64,000 nucleotides of DNA, from the NCBI GenBank assembly GCA_964035545.1, contig OZ037768.1, positions 19,327,700 to 19,391,699 of the forward strand. Direction: 5' to 3'. The notes beneath the pieces are model-generated. The model was given only the letters and a program-made list of their open reading frames with translations. It was not told the origin of the DNA and did no database searches. Shown in pieces: positions 13,101 to 22,831 of the stretch. The position numbers and the translations under genes are program-made. How positions within the stretch are numbered: the first letter of the stretch is position 1; each line of letters starts with the position of its first letter. The DNA comes from Bugula neritina (Eukaryota; Animalia; Bryozoa).

Positions 13101-15849
13101 TCAGTGTGATTCCAGCTATTTGGAGCCTTTGCATGACTGCCACTAATCTCTCGTTGTGTTGCCTCGTGGTTGTACCATGAATCAAAATGTCATCCATATG
13201 ACACACAACTCCTTTGAGGTCAACAAGCGCCTTCTGCATTTCTCTCTGGAAGATCTCAGGAGCTGAGCTGATCCCGAATGGAAGTCTCTTACAGTAATAT
13301 CTGCCGAAAGGCGTTATAAACGTGGTCAACTTTTGACACTGTTGCGCTAACTTCATCTGCCAATAGCCGCAGTTGGCATCAAGTTTCGAAAACACCTTTG
13401 AATGTCCCAGTTCACTCAATGTTTCCTCAGTGGTGGGAAGTGGATGATACTCTCTCCTGACTGCTTTGTTTAGCTGAGTGAAGTCTATACACACTCGAAG
13501 ATTGCCATTCTTCTTGGGAACTACTATACAAGGGGAGCACCACTCCGTCGGTTCCTCAATCTTTGCAATCACTCCCAACTCCTCCATTCTTCGAAGTTCT
13601 TCTTGTAGTGGTTTCTTGCGAGCAGCTGCTACCCTCCTTGGAACACTCTGAATAAATGGTTCAACATTGGTGTTTAGGGAAATAGATACCTCCGAATTCA
13701 TTAAACCCAACCCCTTAAACAAAGAAGGAAACGCCTTTACACACGAAGCCTTGTCTAAACTATGACCAAGATTCAGTTCATTCACAAATTTAATCAGATT
13801 CAATTTAGAAATGGCCGGTTTGCCTAATAATGGCGTAACAAGATTCTCCACAAAATATATTGTCTCGTCAATTGAAACCTCTCCATGAGAAATTGTAGTG
13901 TTCACTTGGCCCGTTACCTTTAATCTGGCATTACCCGCACTTTTTAACACCTTACTTGTAGGTTGTAAACCATTCACAAATTTATTAAAGTGTGCTGGGA
14001 CAGCTGTAACAGCAGCCCCAGTGTCCACTTTAAATGTAACTGGATGGGAATTTAAGCGTACATCAATTAGCCAACCTTTAGGTGTTTCAGTTATGGTATT
14101 AATAAAATCAAAGCCTAGTCAATCTGACTCAGAACCCAAGAACAATCCTTCTAACTCCTGATTAACTTCTTCTACTTTTTTGCCTTGACTTGGTCCCTTG
14201 CAAGCCTTCGACTTACTCCAGTGACCCTTTTCTTTGCACACAAAGCAAAACTTGTCTTTCGCAGGACATCTATCCCTCCTGTGGAACACCTTGTTGCAGA
14301 AATAACATTTTCTAGGTGGAGGCCCAACTCTCTCTGACTCTTGAAACTGCCTCCTCCCCTCAGAGTACCTATTTTTAGCCGAATCACCGAGCACATCCAT
14401 ATTAGCATCGGCAGCATCTGTTGCAATCTGCCTAGCCTGCATGTGATGACTAGTAAACTGTTTAGCTTTACGAATGCATGTGTTTAAATCAAGATTTTCA
14501 ATATCTACCAATTGTTCTCTTAGTTTACTATCATTTACCCCAACCACTATTCTGTCTCTCACTAACTGGTCGCGCATCTCTCCATAATCACAATGATCAG
14601 CCTGCGACTGTACTTGGGTTATAAATTGATGAATGTTGAGGTCGCCCTGCCTAATGTTATTAAACTGCACACGTTCATAGATGATATTTTTAACGGGTTC
14701 AAAATGTTTATCAAACATGCCTATAACATTTTGCAATGTCCGTGTTCTTCCAGCTTCAGTAGCATGAAAAGTAAATTGATTAAATATGGGTACACTATCA
14801 GGGCCCATTAGCAACAACAAATTAGCTATTTGCTCCTCATTGTCCATATCACCATATTTTTTTGCTATCTTAACAATGTCAAATTGTTGTTTAAATAATT
14901 TCCAACTAGTGAGCAAATTCGGGTTGCTAAAGTTCAATTTTGTAACAAAACGCTCGTCTCTCGATTCGGCCATCTTTACTTTTAATTTAATACAAAAATT
15001 CTTACAAACAATACAATAACAATATTCAATGTGATTGCCGGACTTATAATTTAAACAATCAACAATCCTGATTACAGTTACACTTACAGTGAGTCAAAGT
15101 TCAAATAAACTTACTGAAGTGGGTTCTTCCAAACCCTCACACGTCAATCACGGAAGTTTCCAACAGGTTCTATTCAACCTCGCAACTTGGACCAAACTTC
15201 TACCAGACGGCAATAACACAATCAAGTTTACTTCTGACACCACGTAATAATATGTCGACTAACCTTAAGTAGCGCTAAGCATAGACTGCCTCGCAGGTTT
15301 CCTCTCCACTCTCGCGTGACCTCGTACACCAAATACCGAGTCCACCTCTTACAACCGTAATGCCGTACAGTGAACTCCGGACAATTTTAAAAATAGCTGA
15401 CATTTGCTGTTATAGACAATGTTGCGGCAAAGTGTGTCTATATACAGGGTAAATTATTCTGTTGATGACTGTATGAAATGTTTTTTAATAAATTATTTAT
15501 CTATACTTCAAAAAGGAAGTTTTTGCTAGTTATGTAGTCACATGTTGACTGGAAGAAGGGTAGTTGTGTCTCATTTGTCTGCAGGTCTGACAAATATTGC
15601 AGTTAATATGTAGTTTTTCAATATAGGTAAAGTAATCATGCATGATGGACAGGCATAATTTGACAGTTCAATGATGTTTTAGGAGGCTGGTGGTATGCTG
15701 GCTGTCTCATTTCCAACTTGAATGGTTTTTGGTATCCAGCGAACCCAACAGACGAAAAGAATGCACCAAGTGCTAAAGGAGTTGTCTGGACAGCATGGAG
15801 AGGATATCAATATTCATTAAAAGCAACAACTATGAAAGTTACCAGATAA
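4106..15849 (+). CDS. Secreted PAN/apple + FReD gene, copy 2 (6 exons)
   Basis: Exons 4106-4256 (hydrophobic leader MMYFFIIHQTFLVITCLPLFT), 6629-6814 (PAN-like CSHLCLEDKKCVSTLYN..DCQLF), 8239-8454, 8802-8938, 9056-9173, 15683-15849. Phases are compatible and there are no internal stops. The last intron holds a MITE and LTR element 1. Confidence 0.85.
4525..4595 (-). repeat. tRNA(Ala-TGC)-like repeat module
   Basis: Minus strand GCCTCCGTGGTGTAATGGTAGCACACTTGCTTGCAAGCCAGAGGACTCGGGTTCGATTCCCAGTGGTGGCA has A and B boxes and imperfect stems. Related copies at ~7810, ~29714, ~63490. Confidence 0.6.
7810..7892 (+). repeat. Degenerate tRNA-like repeat module
   Basis: ..GTGCAATGGTTAGCACACCTACTTGCTAGCCAAGGGGGTCTCGGATTCAAACCCTGGTGGGGAC, similar to the 4525-4595 copy. 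Confidence 0.45.
9914..10024 (-). repeat. 3' LTR of element 1
   Basis: Identical to 15243-15353; termini TGTAAG...ATTACG. Confidence 0.95.
10323..10934 (-). CDS. SGNH/GDSL hydrolase-like accessory ORF (ORF3) of element 1
   Basis: 203 aa. Block I IIGNSIVRG, block II ISGA, divergent block III HIGPVRF, block V DGLHP. Lies between the pol stop and the 3' LTR on the element strand. Confidence 0.85.
   Translation of the reverse strand: MRTYIIGNSIVRGLEDPSWTTIRISGANWETLFSYVNNNQRRFSNSIIYFHIGPVRFSQMNSSRRCSLVTNSNVEPDSFFNPYFETFYNNHIHIILCTIYPLNFQKYNGVFDSRNADFTCRIRSMVVSENRRIVGFNMSSGFATPYMHKRIFTRRHGTYSFRDRFLRDGLHPNNLIVRDWIEELKRVQRINLHRVIRRAERAH
10984..14118 (-). CDS. pol: Pol polyprotein (protease, RT, RNase H, integrase) of element 1
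   Basis: FKVDTGA protease; LPFGISSAP and HMDD RT; ADSSSYGLGAVL, EKEALA, ETDHKPL RNase H; HKGH..CPQC, AVDLF, SDNGPQF, NGEAER integrase. The frame is open from 14118, immediately after the gag TGA. Confidence 0.95.
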   Translation of the reverse strand, partial: LGFDFINTITETPKGWLIDVRLNSHPVTFKVDTGAAVTAVPAHFNKFVNGLQPTSKVLKSAGNARLKVTGQVNTTISHGEVSIDETIYFVENLVTPLLGKPAISKLNLIKFVNELNLGHSLDKASCVKAFPSLFKGLGLMNSEVSISLNTNVEPFIQSVPRRVAAARKKPLQEELRRMEELGVIAKIEEPTEWCSPCIVVPKKNGNLRVCIDFTQLNKAVRREYHPLPTTEETLSELGHSKVFSKLDANCGYWQMKLAQQCQKLTTFITPFGRYYCKRLPFGISSAPEIFQREMQKALVDLKGVVCHMDDILIHGTTTRQHNERLVAVMQRLQIAGITLNVDKCEFGVNKTKFLGHVIDESGIRADPDKTKAIVDFPIPSNRRELRRFFGIVNYLGKFSPQISSNTHHLRQLLGNNVEWRWGPPHTEQFNCLKTLLVQTPVLIPYCVEAETLVSADSSSYGLGAAVLQKVNGNWHPVAFASRALTAIERRYAQIEKEALAICWACSKFFYYLSGKEFQIETDHKPLVSVLGEKELAKLPLRVQRFRLKMMSYSYTIVYTPGKRLVLADALSRSPTEVEMLECVNSSDVDELEDSSVLGALVGDLPISSGRLARIKAALFEDEVGVVLLQYITEGWPNIKLVPAAIKPFYTFREFMTQVGGVIYYMNRVFIPEPERDRVLRDIHKGHQGETKCIRRASEIIWWPGMTAQIKQLVQQCPQCEEHRIKNREPLQTTVFPERPWWRLAVDLFNWQEQNFVVVVDYYSRYIVVRELEDSSESTVLTKILNELVCMLGVPNTIVSDNGPQFRSQIFQEYLRKWDIQHITSSPRYPQSNGEAERAVRTVKNFLKKNISLQESLCIYNDTPLFNGYSPSQLLFGRSLNSMGFVNEKGVDASRLKVLESDYRGRQSMWYNRRHAVRDRSPFQVNQPVVVRDPNRPTVHATVIGARGREVLAARDNGVVLRRNRAHISRSTDVRESFTDSPQQGLGASVPHSPIRQTDVPVRPTEVATSFREDNSPHQIPVTPQSPSFVTTRGRVSRPPKRLNL
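14119..14973 (-). CDS. gag: Gag of element 1
   Basis: 284 aa with LVRDRIVVGV and two Cys/His knuckles (CYFC..H....C; CFVCKEKGHW....AC). Confidence 0.93.
   Translation of the reverse strand: MAESRDERFVTKLNFSNPNLLTSWKLFKQQFDIVKIAKKYGDMDNEEQIANLLLLMGPDSVPIFNQFTFHATEAGRTRTLQNVIGMFDKHFEPVKNIIYERVQFNNIRQGDLNIHQFITQVQSQADHCDYGEMRDQLVRDRIVVGVNDSKLREQLVDIENLDLNTCIRKAKQFTSHHMQARQIATDAADANMDVLGDSAKNRYSEGRRQFQESERVGPPPRKCYFCNKVFHRRDRCPAKDKFCFVCKEKGHWSKSKACKGPSQGKKVEEVNQELEGLFLGSESD
15230..15242 (-). promoter_or_regulatory. Primer binding site of element 1 (tRNA-Leu type)
   Basis: TGGTGTCAGAAGT abuts the 5' LTR and is complementary to a tRNA 3' end ACUUCUGACACCA. Confidence 0.8.
15243..15353 (-). repeat. 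5' LTR of element 1
   Basis: Identical to 9914-10024. Confidence 0.95.
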
Positions 15850-16329
15850 TGATTGTACCTTTTTTATAAACAAACATGCACTAAAAATTTGTTCAATGCT
15901 TTAGTTTTCAGTTTGAGATTTTGTAATTTTTTCTGATAATGTATAAATAGTGAACAATCAATGCAGTACAATTGTATTCAGAGTTTTATCTTCTTTTGGA
16001 ATCTTCAATGATCAAGCTGTGTCCACAATGCATTACATATAGCATATGCTTCAATAAACTGTTTTAATGCAGTAAAACAAGATAGAAAGCTTATTTCAAA
16101 TTTTTTTTATTAATGCTTAGTGCACTCTATATGGCAATCTGTTTTTTGTGTGATTTTTAAATAATCGTTATAAGTTGTGTATCATGAATACATTCGTTCA
16201 ACTGGTTGTGTTGACAACAATTATATAATTTAAACGTGGAAACTATATGTGTAATTAGCAGTATAAGTCAATACATGTGCAGTTTTCTGACAAATAAATG
16301 TAGTAACACAATATTAAACCAGCTAAGAT

Positions 16330-17700
16330 ATTTGCTAAACCACATATAACAAGCTTGTTATGGTCACTATAAGTGTGATAAATGCTGTAACAAGCGGAAT
16401 TAGCGCCAATTTCTTGTGTACACAATTTTTTGCACTTAGCATATTTTCCCTTTTTTTAATAATAATAAAAGCAGTAGTTAATTGCAATTAATTTAACTCA
16501 ATATGATGGCAGACTGTTTCTATGAATAGTCAACTGTGGTTTGTCTCGATGTGCCATTTGATGAGGCCTGCAGACAGAGTCTACAAAGAACATTGTAAAT
16601 CAATTGTACATGGCACTATAATGCAGCACAAGCAATACGTAAAGTTGCTCATAGGGTTCAGATCAGCACCTATTAAGGAGTTTGCTCATGAGTGGGGAAT
16701 CTCCCTTATATTACGAGACATTTGGATCATTTGGATTGACAATGGGACCATAGAGATGAACCGCCGGACAATCAAGGGAGTTGTGGAAAAAGGGGGAAGT
16801 CACCTCCCCGAACAAGCCACATTTTGGCTCAATGTGACACTTAAAAAAATGCGAATGAAGGTTTATTGCCTTCTAATGCACTCTTCTGATATCCTTGATT
16901 GGCACTCTTTGAGATTTATACGCCAAAGGCTGGTGTCTGTGAAAATGGTGCACGCGCCATTAGCGATGAAGTATGTCTAAAGCCACCAACATTATCATGC
17001 ACTAAGCAGCAGTATCTCAGTGAAGTCATCACATGCAGTTGTGTCAAAACACGCTGTGGGTGTAAATGAGATACCTCGACATGTCAAAGATGTGAGATGG
17101 CGTCACAATAGCAGGAAGCTCATTCAGCAAGGTGGAAAGCACCATCAGGGTAATATGCATGGCCTTTATGCTGGACCTCCAGATAATCTGCCACTTGTGT
17201 CAAGTGAGGAGCATGATGAGGTGGTCTATGTATGTCAGCGTGCAGTTTGAGAAGATCAAGCCCAGTTTGCTGTTGATGCAGTCCTGCGAATCAATGGGGT
17301 ACGTCAAAGGGTGTCCAGCACATTTTAGCTTAAGACAGCTTAGAGTTGACGGAAAAGAGCAGGAATGAAATTTTGTCAGTGGTTCATCACAGACAGGCAG
17401 AGCGTGTGCGGCGGCGACCTGCTTACTCGACTGATTATGTTGATTAGACAGAGTTGGCTGGGTCTATGAAGGAGCTTCATAAGAAGCTAGGGAGACAGAA
17501 GTTATAAGTATGCCAATGCCGATGGTGGCTTAGCAAATCAAGATGGTGCGTGCACAGTGAAGGACTTCTCTTCATTTTCTAGTGCAAAAAGCATTCGTGT
17601 CACATTGTTCAACTGTGAACTTACCGTATTTGCTGTAATAAGTTAAATTTTATTACATTTCTTGTTCCATAGTAATAAGGGTGAATACTGTAGCCAAGGC
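16330..17700 (+). pseudogene. Unidentified, decayed, intronless Cys-rich coding-like insertion
   Basis: More GC-rich block absent from the paralogous interval (~3150-3470). One frame reads VCENG..VCLKPPTLSCTKQQYLSEVITCSCVKTRCGCK*DTSTC. Boundaries are approximate. Confidence 0.3.
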
Positions 17701-19509
17701 TGATAATTTTTTATGGTTATAACTCATTACCTTGAATCATGTAAAAGACGTAGCTTGCGGTCGTTGCTTACAAAATACCAGCAGAGAATATTGTTAGATA
17801 GCTACTGCAATATGCACATTGAACCACAGGATGTCAACTCTCTTATTGTAGATAGTTTTTTACGTGGAACTACTGAGCAGGAGCATTATTGTAATTTGAT
17901 TCTGCAATAAAATAATTCTACCCAAATTGGCTTTCTCTCGTATTGTTGAGCCAGATAGCTCCTCTATAATGTTTTCAAGTCTAGCATATACTCTCCAGCT
18001 GTTAGACTAGGTTTCATGTCTGCTTTATGTGTGCTATTCTTACACAAGTAGCAGAGAATTGATTGTAGAGATATTGTAGTAGTTTGTGGGTTATAGAATG
18101 AAATCAGGCAGATAACATAACTCCTTGTTATAGAAGAGACAAGAGAGAGTAGAATTCGTGTGCGTGCAGTACTTTATTGTAGCAGAGATACATCCAGTGC
18201 GAGCTCCAGTCCTCAAGTGACTGAAGCTCTAAAATGCGTGTCCTTTTATACCAGTAGAACAAAGGACTTCTAGAACCTTCAACCGACAGCGGGCCGATGC
18301 TCGGCAGGGGATGGCGACATTCGTCATGTCGGCAACCGACACTGATCATGTCGGTAACCAACATTCGGTTTGCCAGCATCCACCTGCCGAACTCGGTCCA
18401 ACTGTCGGTTTACATGAATAAGCAAAAATGAACCCAACCAAGTGTATGCACATTGTAACTTATAATTGGGGAAAAGGGATTAACTATTTACTATGCTAAA
18501 AGCTTAAAGTTGCCTTTATACCTTCACGATTTTCGGACAGAATTTCAATTTGGCCGGGTTTAAATTTTACCGAGTTGCATTGCATTGTAAAAGCCACTCG
18601 TAAAAATTTTTGTACTGTGATAACTTAATCTGCTAATTTTAGAATACGAGTAATAACTCCTTGTAAAAATCGTTTAGTTATTACTTTGGCGATCAGACAA
18701 CGTACTTATACGGTTATAATTATATAGCCTACGCTTTCTCAATTATCGCTTTTATGCTGTCCACTTCACTAATTCAAGAAGTTTACAAAGGGCATCAAAT
18801 AGCTATTATGCAAGTCAAATTTCAATTTCAGAAAGTGAGCAATCGCATCAATATGATTTCAACAAGTTTCAGTTTGACTATTGTTGTGAGTTTTAGCACA
18901 ATTATCAAGCGTGGATTGTATGCGTATTTAGTGTCAATTTAACTAGCAATCACTAGTCTGGCTTGCGTACGATAACCTTTATTTAATTCGATAAACATAA
19001 TTATAACACCACATCAAACTATTATACAACACTGATCAATTACAAACACATGTTACTACTACGAGTCTCTGCTCTCAACAACACATGGTTTCTGCTGGCT
19101 AACCTGCGAACAGTCACTTGACCGGAACCTTGCCTTCCGGTCCCTCTGATTGGATAGTAGAACATAGTTATAAGTATTCCCATACAAGAGGGGACGACCC
19201 CATTATTATACTACATAATCCCATTACACCGCCTCCACCAGCAGAAAGCCCTACTTTCTGATAAACAAAAATAGTATAATAATGCAAGAATGACATAAGT
19301 AAGGAAAATCCACAAAGAAAAAGAAAAGAAATATCAAACGTACGACATATTTATAAGTAAGATAAACAGACGGCCAACACACAGCTAGCCAGCTACAGAG
19401 AGAGAGACCTGGATCGTCACACAGATCGGTCGTTAGCAGATCAAGCATTTACACGATCACAATGTAGTACCCCGAGGATATGCGGGGTGGAATTGTCAAC
19501 TTCCAGCTC

Positions 19510-20391
19510 CTAGTTTTGCAGGAACTGGATCCGGTGTCGTGCTTGCCGTGCACGTAATCTACGCTTAAGGCGTCCCACTGAGCCCTTTAGTTCACTAAGG
19601 CTCATTGTAGTGCTGAGTAAGTCGGGGGTCAACTGAGTAAATTCATCCTGCAGTCGTAAGAGTCTTTCCTCGACGGTTGCTAGTCGGTTAGGCCTGGTTG
19701 GAGTTGGCGTCGCTTCTTCTGGAGAATCTGATGCTTCCATGGGGGTGTTGTCTGGCCGGGGTATGGTTGCAGCGACCGTTTTTACCATAGGGGATTTCTG
19801 ACGGGCGGCTGTTAGCAGTGTATAAAACCCGGAGGATAATGCGGCCCAGGTCAAAGCCTTCTTAACCACTGGTCTGACGGCTTCTAGATACTGGTCATAA
19901 TTGTCCGCGTTCACTACATAGCATTTGCCTGTGAAACAGTCCATCATATATGCCACGACGGGGTATGGGTATACGTCGTGAAATTCGCACGGACAGAAGC
20001 GTAGTAGGAAGTGTGCATTCACATGCAGCCGTAGTCCTTGGTGTGAGGGAAGCTCCTCATAACACACGTGGCAGGTTCGTTGTGAGCCACTTGGTCCCCA
20101 GGCTTCTTCAATTTGTCGCTCCGTCCATCGTGACACCCATTTATGTCTTCGACGCAGTGCCGTTTCCGGTCCGTTATCCAAGGAGGAGAGGGGGTGTAGA
20201 TCTTGTGACCCGGAGTTGGTCGGTCGAGTGTGATCTGCAAGAGTATAACAGTGTAAGAGGGTACACTGAGTACAGCCGGCGTATACAGCTTGGTGGGTAC
20301 TTAACTCAATTAGACACTCGTGAGACTCAGCTAATGAATAGTTGATCGAAAACACACACTGCTGTGACGAACTGTTCAGTCTTAGAGTCAA
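19510..20391 (-). CDS. Accessory ORF3 of element 2: C2H2 zinc finger, CPC module, C-terminal coiled coil
   Basis: CHVC-x12-HVNAH, FCPC, RLATVEERLLRLQDEFTQL. Homologous to 47929-48735 from about 20234 onward; the true start is uncertain. Confidence 0.8.
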   Translation of the reverse strand: MTLRLNSSSQQCVFSINYSLAESHECLIELSTHQAVYAGCTQCTLLHCYTLADHTRPTNSGSQDLHPLSSLDNGPETALRRRHKWVSRWTERQIEEAWGPSGSQRTCHVCYEELPSHQGLRLHVNAHFLLRFCPCEFHDVYPYPVVAYMMDCFTGKCYVVNADNYDQYLEAVRPVVKKALTWAALSSGFYTLLTAARQKSPMVKTVAATIPRPDNTPMEASDSPEEATPTPTRPNRLATVEERLLRLQDEFTQLTPDLLSTTMSLSELKGSVGRLKRRLRARQARHRIQFLQN

Positions 20392-20549
20392 TGTGAATTC
20401 CCACCACTAAAAATCATTACCGAGTCTCCAGCTTATTCTGTTACAGTTAAGCTGATTAATACAGTTTAGTCCTCGTACCAAAAACATAACTAACTCACCA
20501 CTCGATTCTTGGCAAGCCATTGTGAATGAGAGTGGTATGTTTATGATTT

Positions 20550-22831
20550 CTACGTACGTCTACTCAAAGCTGTATCAATGTGATGAAAGAGCGAGCAGCG
20601 TGGTTGTGAAACATGGCTAGGACTTATTACTTCCGGCGTATGAATCTCGTTTGAGATTCCGCCGAAGCAAAAGTTGATATTCTCGTGGTGTTCACAACTC
20701 CCACGTCTTGCCCTCTTCCCCGTACGGTACCTCGTGGGACGTTTGACCGCGCCCTGAACGGCACGTGGTAAGTCTTTGAGATACGCGGGGGTTTGTCTAG
20801 AACACCGTTTTCGAGGTGTCGTCACCAATCAAGGCGGTTTACTCACCCGTGGACGGTCACGTCTCACGGGTGGTGCCTCCAGCCAGTTTGTGACAAATGG
20901 AGCTTTCCTAGCATCTCCATACGGAGCCTGGGGAAGTGTCGTCCTCAGCCAGGGCGGTTTACTCACCCGTGGACGGTCACGTCTCACGGGTGGTGCTTCC
21001 AGCCAGTTTGTGACAAATGGAGCTTCCCCGGCATCTCCGTACGGAGCCCCTCCCGTGGGGGGGTTTTGCACTTCCAGGTCGGTTCCTGACCTAGGAAGTG
21101 GTGGCGGCAGCTTGCACGCTGAGGGCGGTGAGCGCACTTCCCTGAACGGGTGTGGCCTTTCCTGCCTCGCCACTGCTTTGGGTTGCATCCTGGGCGGTTT
21201 GTCGACCAGGTCAGCAGTCTCCGTCTGTCCGGGCCCTTCTGCACTTTGCCTTCGCCGTCCCATCTTGTCAGGAGGGCGGCCGTGCTTACTGGCCCGGCAG
21301 ACTCTGCACTGCCTAACTCTGCGCCGCACTTCACGCTCCATGTTAGGCCAATACCATCAGAGTTGTAGTTCGGTGAGCACCTGTTGGGCTCCCGCGTGTG
21401 CCTGTTGGTGTATTTCTTTTATCAACTCCCGGCGGATGGCGGCAGGACAGAGGGTTCTCTCCTGGTCTGGCTGGTTGTGGTTAGTGGCCAAAGATATGGT
21501 CAATAGACCATCCGGCCCGATCCGCAGTGCGTTCCAACGTCGGCAGTACAGCTGCCACTCGGCGCAGCCCTGCTTCCGTTGTTTGTCACTGGGTCGTCGC
21601 CCTTCCCGTTTTATTTGATAGACGTCGGCTACCACCCCCGGAAGATGTTCCTGAAGGTGTCGTAGCTCCTTGACGCTATCGGTTGAGACGGGTTCGGCGT
21701 GGAGGTTCTGTGCCACCTCTGGGGGCATATCAGGGTACCCAAGGTGAGGTGCAGCCTCGGTTTTGTGTAGTAACGTGGCCGTCTCTTGGCGCTTCTCGTT
21801 ATCTACACAACCGTCCGATTCTCCTGCGATGGCCTGCTGTTACCTTCTTGAACAGAAGGAGTACAGCTCAGTGGAGAGGTGGGTGGTAGGTTCACCGTCT
21901 CCGAGAAGGAGTGGAGGCATGGCACCGAGGTCTTTCCTCTCCGTGTCAGCTGGTTAGAGCTGCGGGCAGGTGGGATACTCGGGTGCGCGCTCTCTACAAC
22001 TCCCGTCCTGGAGGTGCGGCCACCGTCCACCTGGCGGTGGACGGCGCCGCGGGAGTGGCCGGGCATAGTACAGGTACGTACTATCGGCTCTTCTCCCGTT
22101 AGAGGATGGCCAAACTTATCGACACAGGTAAGCTCCCGGCCGCCCATAAACATCGCAGATTAACCAAAATCGATGCGACATCCGTGTCGTTGTAAGAATG
22201 GCATCCCAAGGATGGCGTCCTCTTGGAGCTGTCCGACGATGAACCTCTCTTGGATGGTCTAGTCACAGACGCTCCCAGGGAGTTCAATGATACCGTAAAA
22301 GGGGATGCACGACCCGTCTGCCAGGGTGCCATGATCGCCTTCGTACGGTCCCAACCTGCTTCGGATCTGAGCGCTGAGTGTGTTGAAGAATCGACGACCC
22401 AGGAGGTTGGTGGTGCAGCCCGTGTCTAACAGGAATTTGGCAGGCTTGCCGACTATCTGTCCTGGTAGAAACAGGCTGCTCTCGTGGGGATGTAGTGGTA
22501 TCTTTGGTGACCTCATCTCCCTCGCCCTGGTGGAGGGGTTAGGTTTCTGACGACGACTGGGGACCAGCTGTCGAGGGGGTGGCGCCACGCCTTGTGGCGT
22601 TTGGGCCTTTCCCCTCACAGACTCTGCGGTTCGTCGTTTGTCGAACCTGTTGCGGGGTGGCATTGAGAACACCGGCGGCGAGCGGCTTGTACAGCCTGCT
22701 TGCCGTCTTGGTGGCCGTTCCGCGAGGTCTCGGACGGGTGTCCGGCGTGGCGGACGCCACTGTGTCCTCCCTTGGGGTTTTATCGGCGGCCCGCCGGATG
22801 TGGGAGCATCCGCGGGCCGTCGTAGTTTAAC
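20550..22831 (-). pseudogene. pol: Deleted and frameshifted pol of element 2
   Basis: FLLDTGCTTNLL protease, KEDAILG, IHQQAHAG..CRVC (IN zinc finger) and the PAYLKD tail, spread over several frames. Contains a 120-bp-period tandem duplication at ~20833-21050. Confidence 0.85.

Larger units (their letters stand above)
9914..15353 (-). mobile_element. Full-length Ty3/Gypsy LTR retrotransposon (Mag-like), element 1, with an extra SGNH ORF
   Basis: Identical 111-bp LTRs 9914-10024 and 15243-15353; 5-bp TSD ACCGT (9909-9913, 15354-15358); PBS TGGTGTCAGAAGT; PPT-like GGTGAGAAGG; gag, PR-RT-RH-IN pol, ORF3. Confidence 0.97.
9698..15449. mobile_element. piggyBac-type non-autonomous element (MITE, ~307 bp) split by LTR element 1
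   Basis: TTAA|CCCCCTAGACACACTTTGCC ... GGCAAAGTGTGTCTA(TATAC)AGGG|TAAA. It is absent from the paralogous intron of copy 1 (~2310, cttttaaatt). Pieces: 9698-9913 and 15359-15449. Confidence 0.65.

Noticed and set aside
20833-21050. Repeat-spacer (CRISPR-like) pattern
   Set aside because: A simple two-copy 120-bp tandem duplication in the pol tail; eukaryotic context and no cas genes.
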